Of a stretch of DNA of 35,550 nucleotides, positions 1 through 9,872 are shown piece after piece; the first letter of the stretch is position 1, and every line of letters starts with the position of its first letter. The notes below the pieces were generated by a model, which was not told where the DNA came from, made no database searches, and worked only from the letters and a program-made list of their open reading frames with translations. Origin of the DNA: Dehalococcoidia bacterium (GTDB lineage: Bacteria > Chloroflexota > Dehalococcoidia > Lucifugimonadales > JADFKI01); NCBI GenBank assembly GCA_963581905.1, contig CAUZQF010000001.1, positions 1 to 35,550 on the forward strand. The letters are read 5' to 3'. The position numbers were made by a program, and so were the translations under genes.

Positions 1-1383
1 CTTCAGGTCAGCTGCCGACTCTGCTTCTGCGTATACCCGCAAAAGTGGCTCGGTGCCCGAGAACCTGATTAGCACCCAATACCCGTCTTCCAGCACAAAC
101 CTGTAGCCGTCACGAGTGTCGACGCTCTCCACCTTGCGCCCGCCAAAGGAGCTTGGTACGGCCTTCTGTATACGGCCAATGATGATCTCTCTTTGGCTCT
201 CTTCGAACTTAAGGTCCAACCTGTCATAGACATGAGGGCCGACTTTTTCAGTCAACTCCTCAAGCAGGTCGCTAACGCCCTTTTCGGTCTTTACGATGAG
301 GTCGAGCAACATCAGACCGCTCAGGATACCGTCTCGCTCGGGAATGTTTCCGCGAAATGCGTAACCGCCGCTCTCTTCGCCAGCGATAAGTGCGTCCTCA
401 CGCATCATGATGGGGCCAAGGTACTTGAAGCCCACCGGCGTATCAAAGACCGGAACCTCATAAATCTTGCCCAGCTTGTCGATCATGCTGGTCATGGTGA
501 TGGAGCGGACAAGAGGACCTGTGTTCTTCAGGACTTCTAGCTGGTGGTAGCAGAGTAGGGCGAAGGCCTCCAGAGTAGTCACGAACCTGCCGCTGTCGTC
601 GACAACTCCGAGCCTGTCCGCGTCGCCGTCAGTGGCCAGCCCGACGTCGGCTGTCTGGTCTTGCACCTCTTCCATTAGGCCCTGCAAATTGTGCCCAAGG
701 GGCTCGGGCTGGGCCATGCCGGGGAAGGAGGGGTTGCGCTCGGAACGCAGCTCGGTGATTTTGGTCGAACCGCCGCTCAAAAGCTTGGAGAAGTAGCCTG
801 TGCCTACGCCGTGCATGGCATCGACGACGATATCTAGACCCGCGTTGCGAATGGCCTCCAGATCGACGAGGTTGGCTATGTGGCTGAGGTAAGTAGGCTC
901 CGGGTCGATATATTCGAGAAGGCCTTGAGACGCTGCTTTGTCCAGCGGCATTCGCAGAACCTTGCCAGTCCTCTCGGCATCTTCAATGTACTCTTCCAAC
1001 TCGGCGACAATCTCCGGTGAGGCACTGCCGCCGTAGTCGGGTTTGTACTTGTATCCGTTATATGAGGCCGGGTTGTGGCTGGCCGTAATGACCACCCCTC
1101 CACCGGCGTCCCGCGCCACGATATTGTAGGCGGCTACGGGAGTAGGAGCGGACCTGTCGCACAGGTAGGTCGGAATTCCATTGGCTGCGGTTACCTCCGC
1201 CACAGCAGCGGCGAAGTCCTCGGAGGCAAACCGAGTATCGTAGCCAATGACTATCCCCTTAGAGTCCAACTGATGGGCCTTTAAGAAGGCGGCTGTCCCC
1301 TGAGCGCAGAGGCGCACGTTATCGAACGTGTAGTCCGCCCCGATGACAGCACGCCACCCGTCCGTACCGAAATTGATGGGCAT
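1..1383 (-). CDS. alpha-D-phosphohexomutase (phosphoglucomutase/phosphomannomutase family); C-terminus runs off the window
   Basis: Absent from the ORF track because it has no stop in the window. My translation from the ATG at 1383 gives MPINFGTDGWRAVIGADYTF. It contains ITASHNP (phosphoserine loop), TDGDADR (Mg loop), GEESGGY (sugar loop) and RFSGTEPLLRVYAEA (phosphate loop). The frame stays open to base 1 (1383 nt = 461 codons). Confidence 0.88.
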   Translation of the reverse strand, partial: MPINFGTDGWRAVIGADYTFDNVRLCAQGTAAFLKAHQLDSKGIVIGYDTRFASEDFAAAVAEVTAANGIPTYLCDRSAPTPVAAYNIVARDAGGGVVITASHNPASYNGYKYKPDYGGSASPEIVAELEEYIEDAERTGKVLRMPLDKAASQGLLEYIDPEPTYLSHIANLVDLEAIRNAGLDIVVDAMHGVGTGYFSKLLSGGSTKITELRSERNPSFPGMAQPEPLGHNLQGLMEEVQDQTADVGLATDGDADRLGVVDDSGRFVTTLEAFALLCYHQLEVLKNTGPLVRSITMTSMIDKLGKIYEVPVFDTPVGFKYLGPIMMREDALIAGEESGGYAFRGNIPERDGILSGLMLLDLIVKTEKGVSDLLEELTEKVGPHVYDRLDLKFEESQREIIIGRIQKAVPSSFGGRKVESVDTRDGYRFVLEDGYWVLIRFSGTEPLLRVYAEAESAADLK

Positions 1384-1411
1384 AGACCGCTCCTAGTTTT
1401 ACTAGTTAGTC

Positions 1412-2638
1412 TTAAGAACCTGCTGCGCCACCAAACGCCTCACTTTTGAGGACCTCAGCCTTGTCCGTCTGCTCCCAAGGCAGGCTGATGTCCGTGCGTC
1501 CAAAGTGACCATAGGCCGCAGTCTGCTTGTAGATTGGGTTTCGCAGTTTGAGGTCTCGAATAATAGCGCCTGGCCTCAGGTCGAAGTGCTTGTCAACAAG
1601 CGCTTCGATTTTCCTGTCGTCAATCTTGCTGGTGCCGAAGGTCTCGATGGAAATTGAAATGGGCTTTGAAATGCCGATAGCGTAGGACACGATCAACTCG
1701 CATCGGTCAGCAATGCCTGCCGCAACGAGGTTTTTGGCAACATATCTCGCGGCGTAGGCGGCTGAACGGTCGACCTTCGTTGGGTCTTTTCCAGAGAAGG
1801 CGCCGCCGCCGTGTCGTGCAATTCCTCCGTAAGTGTCAACCAAGATTTTGCGTCCGGTTAGTCCGGTGTCGCCCACAGGCCCGCCGGTCACGAACCGACC
1901 GGAAGGATTGGAGACGTACCTGGTGTCCTTGTCACGAAGCTCTGCGGGGATGACCTGTTTGGCGACAGCCTCAACCAGGTCGCGTTCTATTACATCCTGG
2001 CTCACTTCTGGACTGTGCTGGGTGCTCATGATTACAGTATGGACTCTTTTGGGCTTGCCGTACTCATACTCAACCGTAACCTGGGCCTTGCCGTCTGGGC
2101 GCATCCATGGGAAGGTGCCATCCTTGCGCTTCTCAGCCATCTTCTGGCATATGCGGTGAGACAGCGCGATAGGAAGAGGCATTAGCTCGGGAGTCTCGTT
2201 GCATGCAAAGCCGACCATCATGCCCTGGTCGCCGGCTCCAGTTGCTTCGATGTCGTAATCGCTGGAGGTCTCGCTTCGGACTTCCAAGGAACGGGTTACG
2301 CCGTCGGAGATGTCTGGTGACTGCTCGTGCACGGATACCACGATGCCGCAAGACTGGTAGTCGAAACCAAATGATGAGTCGATATAACCAGCGTCCCTGA
2401 TCGTGCTTCGGACAATCGACTGGATGTCGATGTAAGAGGTGGTTGTGATCTCGCCCATGACTACGACTAGGCCCGTCGTGGTGCACGTCTCGCACGCGAC
2501 TCGGGCGTTAGGGTCTTCAGACAAGATCGCGTCGAGGACTGCGTCGGAGATCTGGTCACATAGCTTGTCTGGGTGGCCTTCGGTCACTGACTCCGACGTA
2601 TAAAGATACGATGGCGATTCCATAAATGTGTTACTCAA
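1412..2638 (-). CDS. metK: S-adenosylmethionine synthetase
   Basis: 408-aa ORF with [34 protein letters not shown] and GGGAFSGKD motifs along its full length. A GAGGAGG RBS lies 6 nt upstream of the TTG at 2638. Confidence 0.97.
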   Translation of the reverse strand: MSNTFMESPSYLYTSESVTEGHPDKLCDQISDAVLDAILSEDPNARVACETCTTTGLVVVMGEITTTSYIDIQSIVRSTIRDAGYIDSSFGFDYQSCGIVVSVHEQSPDISDGVTRSLEVRSETSSDYDIEATGAGDQGMMVGFACNETPELMPLPIALSHRICQKMAEKRKDGTFPWMRPDGKAQVTVEYEYGKPKRVHTVIMSTQHSPEVSQDVIERDLVEAVAKQVIPAELRDKDTRYVSNPSGRFVTGGPVGDTGLTGRKILVDTYGGIARHGGGAFSGKDPTKVDRSAAYAARYVAKNLVAAGIADRCELIVSYAIGISKPISISIETFGTSKIDDRKIEALVDKHFDLRPGAIIRDLKLRNPIYKQTAAYGHFGRTDISLPWEQTDKAEVLKSEAFGGAAGS

Positions 2639-2726
2639 AATTTTCCTCCTCAGGAAACCTGGACTCTTGTCCTGGTGATCGGACTAGTTATTGACCGCCT
2701 TTGCCTGTTTCATCTGTTAAAGGGGT

Positions 2727-3161
2727 TCAGGATATCCCCAGTTTAGCTTTCTGCTCTTCGTTTAAGACCAGCAAGTCATCTTGTCCCCGAGCAAGGACTA
2801 CGTCGTCCTCGTCAGTCAAGCTGCCCGCGACCTTCATGGCCCTTCTAGAATCTTGTACAAGCCACGACTTGGCTGTGATAGCCTGACCAGTCATGATTGG
2901 CCGACGGAAGGTCGTTTCCATGCCCCGCATCATTGCAACTATGCCATGCTGATACGAGTAATTTTCCATCACCTCGTATAGCAGCGCTGCGATTATGCCG
3001 CCGTGGGTAATTCTCGGCCAACCCTGATGCTCCTCCTGCGGAATGAAGCTCGCGACCACAAGATCGCCTTCCAGCCTGTAACTCAGCTTCAACCCTATTG
3101 GGTTTTCACTCCCGCATCCAAAGCAGTCGGGATAGCTCTTCAACTCCACAGCGGCCACCAC
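2727..3161 (-). CDS. PaaI-family hotdog-fold thioesterase
   Basis: 144-aa ORF with an N-terminal CFGCGxxNPxGL motif followed by a HGG-containing hotdog core (ITHGGIIAALLYEVM). It sits 15 nt downstream of ahcY. Confidence 0.72.
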   Translation of the reverse strand: MVAAVELKSYPDCFGCGSENPIGLKLSYRLEGDLVVASFIPQEEHQGWPRITHGGIIAALLYEVMENYSYQHGIVAMMRGMETTFRRPIMTGQAITAKSWLVQDSRRAMKVAGSLTDEDDVVLARGQDDLLVLNEEQKAKLGIS

Positions 3162-3176
3162 CCTTTAAATTTTCTC

Positions 3177-4481
<1,305 letters not shown>

Positions 4482-4527
4482 CTAACCATTCCAATTGTAT
4501 TTCGTAAATTTTGTAGATAGATAAAAA

Positions 4528-5469
4528 TTACCCTTGTGGTAGGGATTCACTATCCGCCAAAGGACTAAAATTAGATAATTCTGCGAACGCTCGGAATCGC
4601 TTTTCGATCTCATCGTTGGTGAGATGCCCGATTCGGTCCGCGCTGAAGTCCTCCACGCAGAAGGAGCCCATCACCGAGCCTAGCACCGTCGCCCTGCGGA
4701 ACCCTTCGGCCGACAGGTCATCGGTAGCGGACAGGTAGCCCATGAAGCCGCCCGCAAATGAGTCGCCTGCGCCTGTGGGGTCTACAACGGTCTCCAATGG
4801 GAAGGCTGGCGCGGCAAATATGGAGTCGCCGTTGAACAGCAGCACGCCGTGCTCGCCCCGCTTGATGACGATGGCTTTAGGGCCCAGCGCCATGATGTGC
4901 TTGGCTGCCTTGACGAGGTTGGCCTGCTCTGAGAATTCCCTGGCTTCGCCCTCGTCCATGAAAAGGACGTCAACCTTACCGATGATTTCGCTGAGGGCGC
5001 TGTTTTTGCCACCAATCCAGAAGTTCATGGAGTCCAGTGCCACCAAGCTGGGCCTGGTTTCCATCTGGTTTAGCACATCCAGCTGAAGTTCCGGGTCTAT
5101 GTTGGCTAGGAAAAGATACTTCTGTCGTTTCTGGTCATCAGTTAGCTTTGGCGAGAAATCGGCGAATACGTTGAGTTGGGTGTCCAACGTATCGCGGGTG
5201 TTGACGTCTTCCGTGCTATATACGCCAGACCACCGGAAGGTCTTGCCTGCCATGTGCTCCAGACCGGAGACATCGACCTTATGGTCCTCCAGCAACTGCA
5301 CGTGTTTCTTGTCAAAGTCATCGCCAACAACGGCCACTAATTTCACACCGGTAAAGTAACTACTCGATATGGAAAAGTATGTGGCTGAGCCGCCGAGGGA
5401 ATCCTCGCGCTTGCCTGACGGCGTTGCGACGGTGTCATATGCTACCGAACCGATTACCAGTATGGACAT
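4528..5469 (-). CDS. PfkB-family carbohydrate/nucleoside kinase; adenosine kinase is suggested by context only
   Basis: The ORF track gives 4528..5496. The ATG at 5469 (MSILVIGSVAYD) has an AAGGAAGG RBS about 10 nt upstream, so it is the likelier start. The PfkB signature DPTGAGDSFAGGF lies near the C-terminus. The gene is flanked by ahcY and mtnP. Confidence 0.85.
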   Translation of the reverse strand: MSILVIGSVAYDTVATPSGKREDSLGGSATYFSISSSYFTGVKLVAVVGDDFDKKHVQLLEDHKVDVSGLEHMAGKTFRWSGVYSTEDVNTRDTLDTQLNVFADFSPKLTDDQKRQKYLFLANIDPELQLDVLNQMETRPSLVALDSMNFWIGGKNSALSEIIGKVDVLFMDEGEAREFSEQANLVKAAKHIMALGPKAIVIKRGEHGVLLFNGDSIFAAPAFPLETVVDPTGAGDSFAGGFMGYLSATDDLSAEGFRRATVLGSVMGSFCVEDFSADRIGHLTNDEIEKRFRAFAELSNFSPLADSESLPQG

Positions 5470-5658
5470 ATATGCTTTACCTTCCTTGTGCTTCACGGCT
5501 TAACGTGGGCCTTGTATAACGCAGGTCCTGTATCGCACAGAACCAATCCCACACAGAACTGAGGCTATAAATAATTGTACAGTCCTTTGCAAGGTAGATT
5601 AGCTAAATTATTCCAGAGTCCACTCGATCATTATAATAGGGGAGGACTTTGGGCAGGC

Positions 5659-5754
5659 CTACTTGTTGGCTTCTCTCTCGGCCTTACGTCGTTCCTTCAT
5701 CTTCTTGAGGGTCTTGCGGTGCTTATTCCAGGCTGCTCGCTTGGACTTATTCAT
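5659..5754 (-). CDS. unannotated 31-aa Lys/Arg-rich mini-protein (MNKSKRAAWNKHRKTLKKMKERRKAEREANK), possibly bS22 / AURKAIP1-COX24-like
   Basis: Below the ORF-track size cutoff and translated by hand. It has an ATG start, a TAG stop and an AAAGGAAAG RBS-like element just upstream. It lies co-directionally between the rhodanese and PfkB genes. 14 of 31 residues are K or R. The core NKHRKTLKKMKERRK resembles, from memory, the KKHRKLLRRTRVQRRK core of actinobacterial ribosomal protein bS22. Confidence 0.4.
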   Translation of the reverse strand: MNKSKRAAWNKHRKTLKKMKERRKAEREANK

Positions 5755-5808
5755 GGCTTGACTTTCCTTTCGTTGTTGATGAGGTCCCGGATGAATTTCC
5801 GGATGGTT

Positions 5809-6162
5809 CTACTTATCTGTTCCGCGGCTAGTGGGGTGGCCACCATTTATCCAGGCGTCGGTGCCTGCTTCGATGTTGTAGAGATTTTCGCCATCGAAGC
5901 CCATAGCAGCGGCCATTTCGGCAGCCACTCCGCTGCGCACGCCCTGGGCGCAAATGAACAGCAGTTTCTTGTCTTTGGGCAGCTCATCGATTCCTCCGAG
6001 CAGGTTGTCCAGCGTAATGAACAGAGCGTCCTTTACGTGGCCTTCCTTGTACTCGTCCTCGCGCCGCACGTCGATTACTACCGTATCTTCTTCGCCATAC
6101 ATTTCGGCGGCTTCATCTATGCTTATCCGGTAGTATGGCTCTCCCGTATCTTTCCTAGGCAT
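5809..6162 (-). CDS. single-domain rhodanese-like sulfurtransferase
   Basis: 117-aa ORF with the active-site loop CAQGVRS and the usual rhodanese beta-alpha layout (VVIDVRREDEYKEGHV). Confidence 0.85.
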   Translation of the reverse strand: MPRKDTGEPYYRISIDEAAEMYGEEDTVVIDVRREDEYKEGHVKDALFITLDNLLGGIDELPKDKKLLFICAQGVRSGVAAEMAAAMGFDGENLYNIEAGTDAWINGGHPTSRGTDK

Positions 6163-6194
6163 GATCTCTCCCCTTGCTGATGTTGCTGTGCAGG

Positions 6195-7103
6195 CTAAAG
6201 ATACCTGCTTACCAAAGGACCTAATTTCCTTATGGTCTCTTCCTGTATTTGTTCTCGACTAGTAATGATAGCGTTCTTAAGCGCCGACTCGCAGGCGCAA
6301 TCTCTGACTTTTGGCGCCCGGTTAACAACGTCGGCTATGATGCGCCGGGATGTGCCGACATTTTGCATTAGGTAAGCAATTACTACCTCGACGGAGACCT
6401 CTTCTTCCGTCTGGTGCCAAACATCGTAATCAGTTACCAAGGCCACAGTGGCGTAGCAGATCTCCGCCTCACGGGCCAGCTTTGCCTCAGGCAATGCTGT
6501 CATGCCTATGACACTGGCACCCCACGACCTGTAGAGTTCCGATTCAGCCCTGGTAGAGAACTGCGGTCCCTCCATCACGACGTACGTTCCGCTATTGTGC
6601 ACTTTAACGTCCTGGTCGGCCGCTGACCGGGCCAAGACATCGCTAAGCGCTGGGCAGAATGGGTCGGCGAACCCGACGTGGGCCACAATGCCGTCCCCAA
6701 AAAACGTATTGCTTCTGCTCCTCGTCCGGTCAATAAGCTGGTCCGGAATCATCAGGTCCAGAGGCTTGACGTCTTCTTTCAAGCTGCCTACTGCGCTTAT
6801 CGAAATGATCTGCTCCACGCCGAGAGACTTTAGAGCGTATATGTTGGCGTGGTACGGTAACTCCGTTGGCGAGAGCCTGTGCCCCTTGCCGTGTCTGGGC
6901 AGAAAGGCCACTCCAACGCCGTCCAAAGCGCCCATTACGATGCTGTCACTAGGCGCACCGTAAGGAGTCTCGGGCATTACCTCTTCGCGGTCTTCCAACC
7001 CATCGATGTTGTAAAGCCCGGAGCCGCCGATAAAGGCGATTTTGGGCTCAGGCAAAGCTGAGCTCTTCCCCGGAACAACAGGAGCCACACGACAGCGTGC
7101 CAC
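6195..7103 (-). CDS. mtnP: S-methyl-5'-thioadenosine phosphorylase
   Basis: Colinear with the MTAP family: KIAFIGGSGLY, LPRHGKGH, MEGPQFSTRAES, GMTALPEAKLAREAEICYATVALVTDYD. The track start is the GTG at 7103. The TTG at 7055 (MPEPKIAFIGG) has a GGGGAAGAG element upstream and is an equally plausible start. Confidence 0.92.
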   Translation of the reverse strand: MARCRVAPVVPGKSSALPEPKIAFIGGSGLYNIDGLEDREEVMPETPYGAPSDSIVMGALDGVGVAFLPRHGKGHRLSPTELPYHANIYALKSLGVEQIISISAVGSLKEDVKPLDLMIPDQLIDRTRSRSNTFFGDGIVAHVGFADPFCPALSDVLARSAADQDVKVHNSGTYVVMEGPQFSTRAESELYRSWGASVIGMTALPEAKLAREAEICYATVALVTDYDVWHQTEEEVSVEVVIAYLMQNVGTSRRIIADVVNRAPKVRDCACESALKNAIITSREQIQEETIRKLGPLVSRYL

Positions 7104-7250
7104 TTACCGGCTTGCTGGCGCCAGAGAAGACGAATGGCCGCTTATGTGACGTTGTTGCACTACTCATATGAAACTTAATTAATGGGGTGCTGAAAAGCTC
7201 GGACTGCCAAAACATCGGAACAGTTGGATGTAGCGTGTCAAAGAGGCAAA

Positions 7251-7277
7251 GAAAAACTTCTCTCGATGAGAGAAGTC
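7251..7277 (-). terminator. intrinsic terminator forming the expression platform of the SAM-I riboswitch
   Basis: The minus strand reads CUUCUCUCAUCGAGAGAAG followed by UUUUUC. The left arm CUCUCAUC can instead pair with the aptamer 3' P1 strand GAUGAGAG, which is the classic antiterminator/terminator competition. Confidence 0.8.
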
Positions 7278-7291
7278 TAAAGCAAACTTCA

Positions 7292-7411
7292 CTCTCATCT
7301 CTGCGAATTCAAAGAACTCGCCGGACTTAGCACCATTTCCAGAGTCATTCCGACTCCGGGCGGTTGCCGGGCTTCACGGGGCCGATCCCTCCGCCACTCT
7401 TGATAAGAGAA
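7292..7411 (-). promoter_or_regulatory. SAM-I (S-box) riboswitch aptamer
   Basis: The minus strand reads CUCUUAUCAAGAGUGGCGGAGGGAUCGGCCCCGUGAAGCCCGGCAACC ... GGUGCUAAGUCCGGCGAGUUCUUUGAAUUCGCAGAGAUGAGAG. All conserved S-box blocks are present in the right order: the P1 pair UCUUAUC/GAUGAGA, GGAGGGA, GGCCC, GAAxCCCGGCAACC and GGUGCUAAxUCC. Confidence 0.9.
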
Positions 7412-7443
7412 CCTATATTCAATTATTAAAATTTAACATCAAA

Positions 7444-7472
7444 ATTCTACTATCTTGCCAAACCCCTGTCAA
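7444..7472 (-). promoter_or_regulatory. sigma-70-type promoter for the riboswitch-led transcript
   Basis: The minus strand carries TTGACA (7472..7467), a 17-nt spacer and TAGAAT (7449..7444). That places the transcription start about 25 nt upstream of the aptamer. Confidence 0.55.
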
Positions 7473-7485
7473 CCATTACGATGCG

Positions 7486-8676
7486 CTAGCGAACCCTACC
7501 ATAGGCTGGTAGAGGACTTCCGAGAAGGGGTCGGAGATACTCCAAAAAGCTTTCCGTGACGAAGTCGTTAGCAGTATCCAGGTATTCTGGCGGCATTGTC
7601 TTTACCTTGCCACCTACCTCTGCCAGCGGCGCTGTGCCTGTGTTACAGGAGTATTCCGGCCCAGGGGCACGCTCAAGAGTAATGATAATACCGCTCTCGC
7701 CTGCGGTGGCCCGCCTAATGGCCTCTCGACCTGCTTCCTCGGCCTCCGACGCGTCTGATTCCGATACACACGCCATCATGGAGCGCTGAATGGTTCCCGG
7801 CTTCTCATAGCGGGCCCTGACCTTCAGGCGTTTGCTGACCTGTCCCGCGAGGTAGCGCCCTGGGCCGTCGAAGTAGGCGTGGCCGAAGTCGTCAACGTAC
7901 CATGGCTCCGAATCGCCACCGATAATGCCGTCCGACCCACGGGTGTTTTCGGCCATGACGGCTACAGCGAATCCGTACTTTGTGTACGCCTGCTCGATGC
8001 GGTCCAGGAAACGAGTCTCGTCCATGGGAACCTCGGGCAGGCCAATGATATGAGGGGCATCCCGCTCCTCTTGTTTCGCGGCAGCCGCTGATGCTGCTAG
8101 CCAGCCGGCGTCCCTCCCCATCACCTCAATTATGGTAACCGGTGCGGCCAGTCCCATGGCCTCTGCATCCCGGCCCGCGCCCATGGTGGCGAGTGCGATA
8201 AACCGAGCCGCGCTGCCGTAACCCGGTGAGTGGTCCATCAGAACCAGGTCGTTGTCGATTGTTTTGGGCACGTTGATGACGGTAAGCGGGTATCCGGCTT
8301 CCTTCGCGGCCTCGCCAACCATGTGGCCTGTCTCTGCGGAATCGTTGCCGCCAATGATGAACCAGTAGCCAATGCCGTTGCGCTTCAGCACGTCGATGAT
8401 GACCGGCACGTCTTCAGTCCGCAATTTGCGTCTCGTAGATCCTAGCGCTGCTGCGGGCGTGTTGGCGATGCGCTCCCACTCGTCGGAGTCCACGGCTCGC
8501 AGGTCTGCCAGCTTTTCGTCCAGAATACCTTCCATGCCGTACATTGCGCCGTAAATGCGTTCAAAGGCCTTAGATGCAAAAGCCTCCTGTACTACGCCGT
8601 ACAGGCTGCGGTTTATGACGGGAGTACAGCCGCCAGACTGCATTACGAGAATGTTGTTGCCAGAACTGATTGTCAT
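7486..8676 (-). CDS. 6-phosphofructokinase, PfkA family, with a pyrophosphate-dependent-type residue signature
   Basis: 396-aa ORF with MQSGGCTPVIN, IGGNDS, PKTIDNDL and MGRDAGWLA motifs. The Asp in GGxDS and the Lys in PKTIDND occupy the two positions (E. coli Gly104 and Gly124) known to separate PPi-using from ATP-using enzymes. Confidence 0.88.
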   Translation of the reverse strand: MTISSGNNILVMQSGGCTPVINRSLYGVVQEAFASKAFERIYGAMYGMEGILDEKLADLRAVDSDEWERIANTPAAALGSTRRKLRTEDVPVIIDVLKRNGIGYWFIIGGNDSAETGHMVGEAAKEAGYPLTVINVPKTIDNDLVLMDHSPGYGSAARFIALATMGAGRDAEAMGLAAPVTIIEVMGRDAGWLAASAAAAKQEERDAPHIIGLPEVPMDETRFLDRIEQAYTKYGFAVAVMAENTRGSDGIIGGDSEPWYVDDFGHAYFDGPGRYLAGQVSKRLKVRARYEKPGTIQRSMMACVSESDASEAEEAGREAIRRATAGESGIIITLERAPGPEYSCNTGTAPLAEVGGKVKTMPPEYLDTANDFVTESFLEYLRPLLGSPLPAYGRVR

Positions 8677-8747
8677 TTGGGATTGCCTGCCATAATTGAT
8701 GGTTACTCTGAATATAAACGGCTAGCGGGGCCTGAAATCTGGATGGC

Positions 8748-9872
8748 TCATGGCCAGATCAGCTTGCCGTCGTCGTATGCTGCTTCGAGGAACTGGTCCG
8801 TAAAGGCAGTCTTGTAATCGAAGGGCTTGGCCAGAGCGTCGTACTGGATCAGGTGCTGGTATAGCGCCTCCCACTGCTGGTCTGTCATCCAGCCCGCGCC
8901 GTAGCTTTCCGTGACTGGCCCCACAGCATCGTCGATCTCCGACCTAAGCATGAATCGCTGATGCTTTCGTTTTTCGTCACGGGCGAATCTCAAGATTATG
9001 TCCAGCGTTTCCTCTTCGTTATTCTCTTCCAAAGCGAATTCCAGGCCTTTTAACGTCGCCTTGAGAAACTTCTCGACCAGTTCAGGGTCCTGTTCCGCCA
9101 GTTCGCTGGTGGCGATATACGTCAGTCCCAGACTGGGTGCGCCGAAGTCTGAGGGGTCCCAGAGGTTAACGTCGAATCCCAGACTCTTTATCGTATCCGG
9201 CTCGTTGGACTTAAATACGGCCAGGATGTCCACCTGTCCCTCCGTGAGCACTCTTGGATCAAAGCCTACACGGACTTCAGTGATTTTGGACCTGTCTACT
9301 CCAGCATCCTTGAGAATCGCCAGGTAGTCAGGCGGAACGGAACTCTTGTAGCCAAAAGTCTTGCCCTCCCAATCAGGGGGACTGTTTATTTCAGAATTGG
9401 TTAAAGAAATAAACCCCTGCTGGCCCTTCTGACCAAAAAGCGCAAAGGCCACGATTGGCAGGCCAGGGTCTGAGCGTCGCTTGAGCACGGACGCGGCGTC
9501 AGCGGTTGTGAAGTCGACATCTCCTGAAAGCAGCAGCTGTAGGTGCTCGCCCGTTGAGGCATGCCGGAGGTCGACTTCAAGGCTCTGCTCTGCGAAATAG
9601 CCCTTCTCCTGCGCTACATAGGCGGCAACAAAGGGCAGGTTGGCCTGAGGCTTGAACCCGGCCATGAAGGTTATCTGCCTTAGTTCTCCGGGCGTTTCAC
9701 TACTGCAAGAAAACGGTGCGAAGGCTACAAGAAGCACCAGGACCAGGGCAATTTTCGATTGGTAGGTGGTAGTTATCAAAATAAATACTTTCCGATGTTG
9801 CCTGGATGATTCCACAAAAATCCCGTCAGGTGACAATGGCAGACGAGTGCCAGAACAGTATCTTGCGTTCAA
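8748..9872 (-). CDS. ABC transporter substrate-binding lipoprotein, NMT1/THI5-like (NitT/TauT family)
   Basis: 374-aa ORF with signal/lipobox-like KIALVLVLLVAFAPFSCSS, then an NMT1-type periplasmic binding fold. The longest ORF overlaps the permease by 47 nt. The in-frame TTG at 9779 is the likelier start. Confidence 0.82.
   Translation of the reverse strand: MNARYCSGTRLPLSPDGIFVESSRQHRKVFILITTTYQSKIALVLVLLVAFAPFSCSSETPGELRQITFMAGFKPQANLPFVAAYVAQEKGYFAEQSLEVDLRHASTGEHLQLLLSGDVDFTTADAASVLKRRSDPGLPIVAFALFGQKGQQGFISLTNSEINSPPDWEGKTFGYKSSVPPDYLAILKDAGVDRSKITEVRVGFDPRVLTEGQVDILAVFKSNEPDTIKSLGFDVNLWDPSDFGAPSLGLTYIATSELAEQDPELVEKFLKATLKGLEFALEENNEEETLDIILRFARDEKRKHQRFMLRSEIDDAVGPVTESYGAGWMTDQQWEALYQHLIQYDALAKPFDYKTAFTDQFLEAAYDDGKLIWP

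Noticed and set aside
2639-2726. A second SAM-responsive riboswitch directly upstream of metK
   Set aside because: The 88-nt gap lacks the S-box blocks (GGAGGGA, GGCCC, GGUGCUAA), and I could not fold it into a SAM-II-like or SAM-V-like pseudoknot by eye. It probably holds only the RBS and perhaps an internal promoter.
5575-6180. 201-aa plus-strand ORF overlapping the rhodanese gene and the mini-ORF
   Set aside because: It is antisense to a rhodanese ORF with a clear active-site motif and has no RBS or family features. The same reasoning removes the other long antisense ORFs: 10175..10705, 10049..10591, 12745..13212, 13058..13525, 13792..14304, 17376..18023, 20345..20887, 20888..21376, 29840..30355, 30832..31215 and 31191..31679.
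7048-7167. 39-codon Cys-rich upstream ORF (MSSATTSHKRPFVFSGASKPVSGTLSCGSCCSGEELSFA) between the riboswitch terminator and mtnP
   Set aside because: There is no Shine-Dalgarno element upstream of its ATG. It overlaps the mtnP start out of frame, and its composition looks like an off-frame read of the mtnP 5' region. I kept it only as a note because the 150-195-nt spacer is otherwise unexplained.
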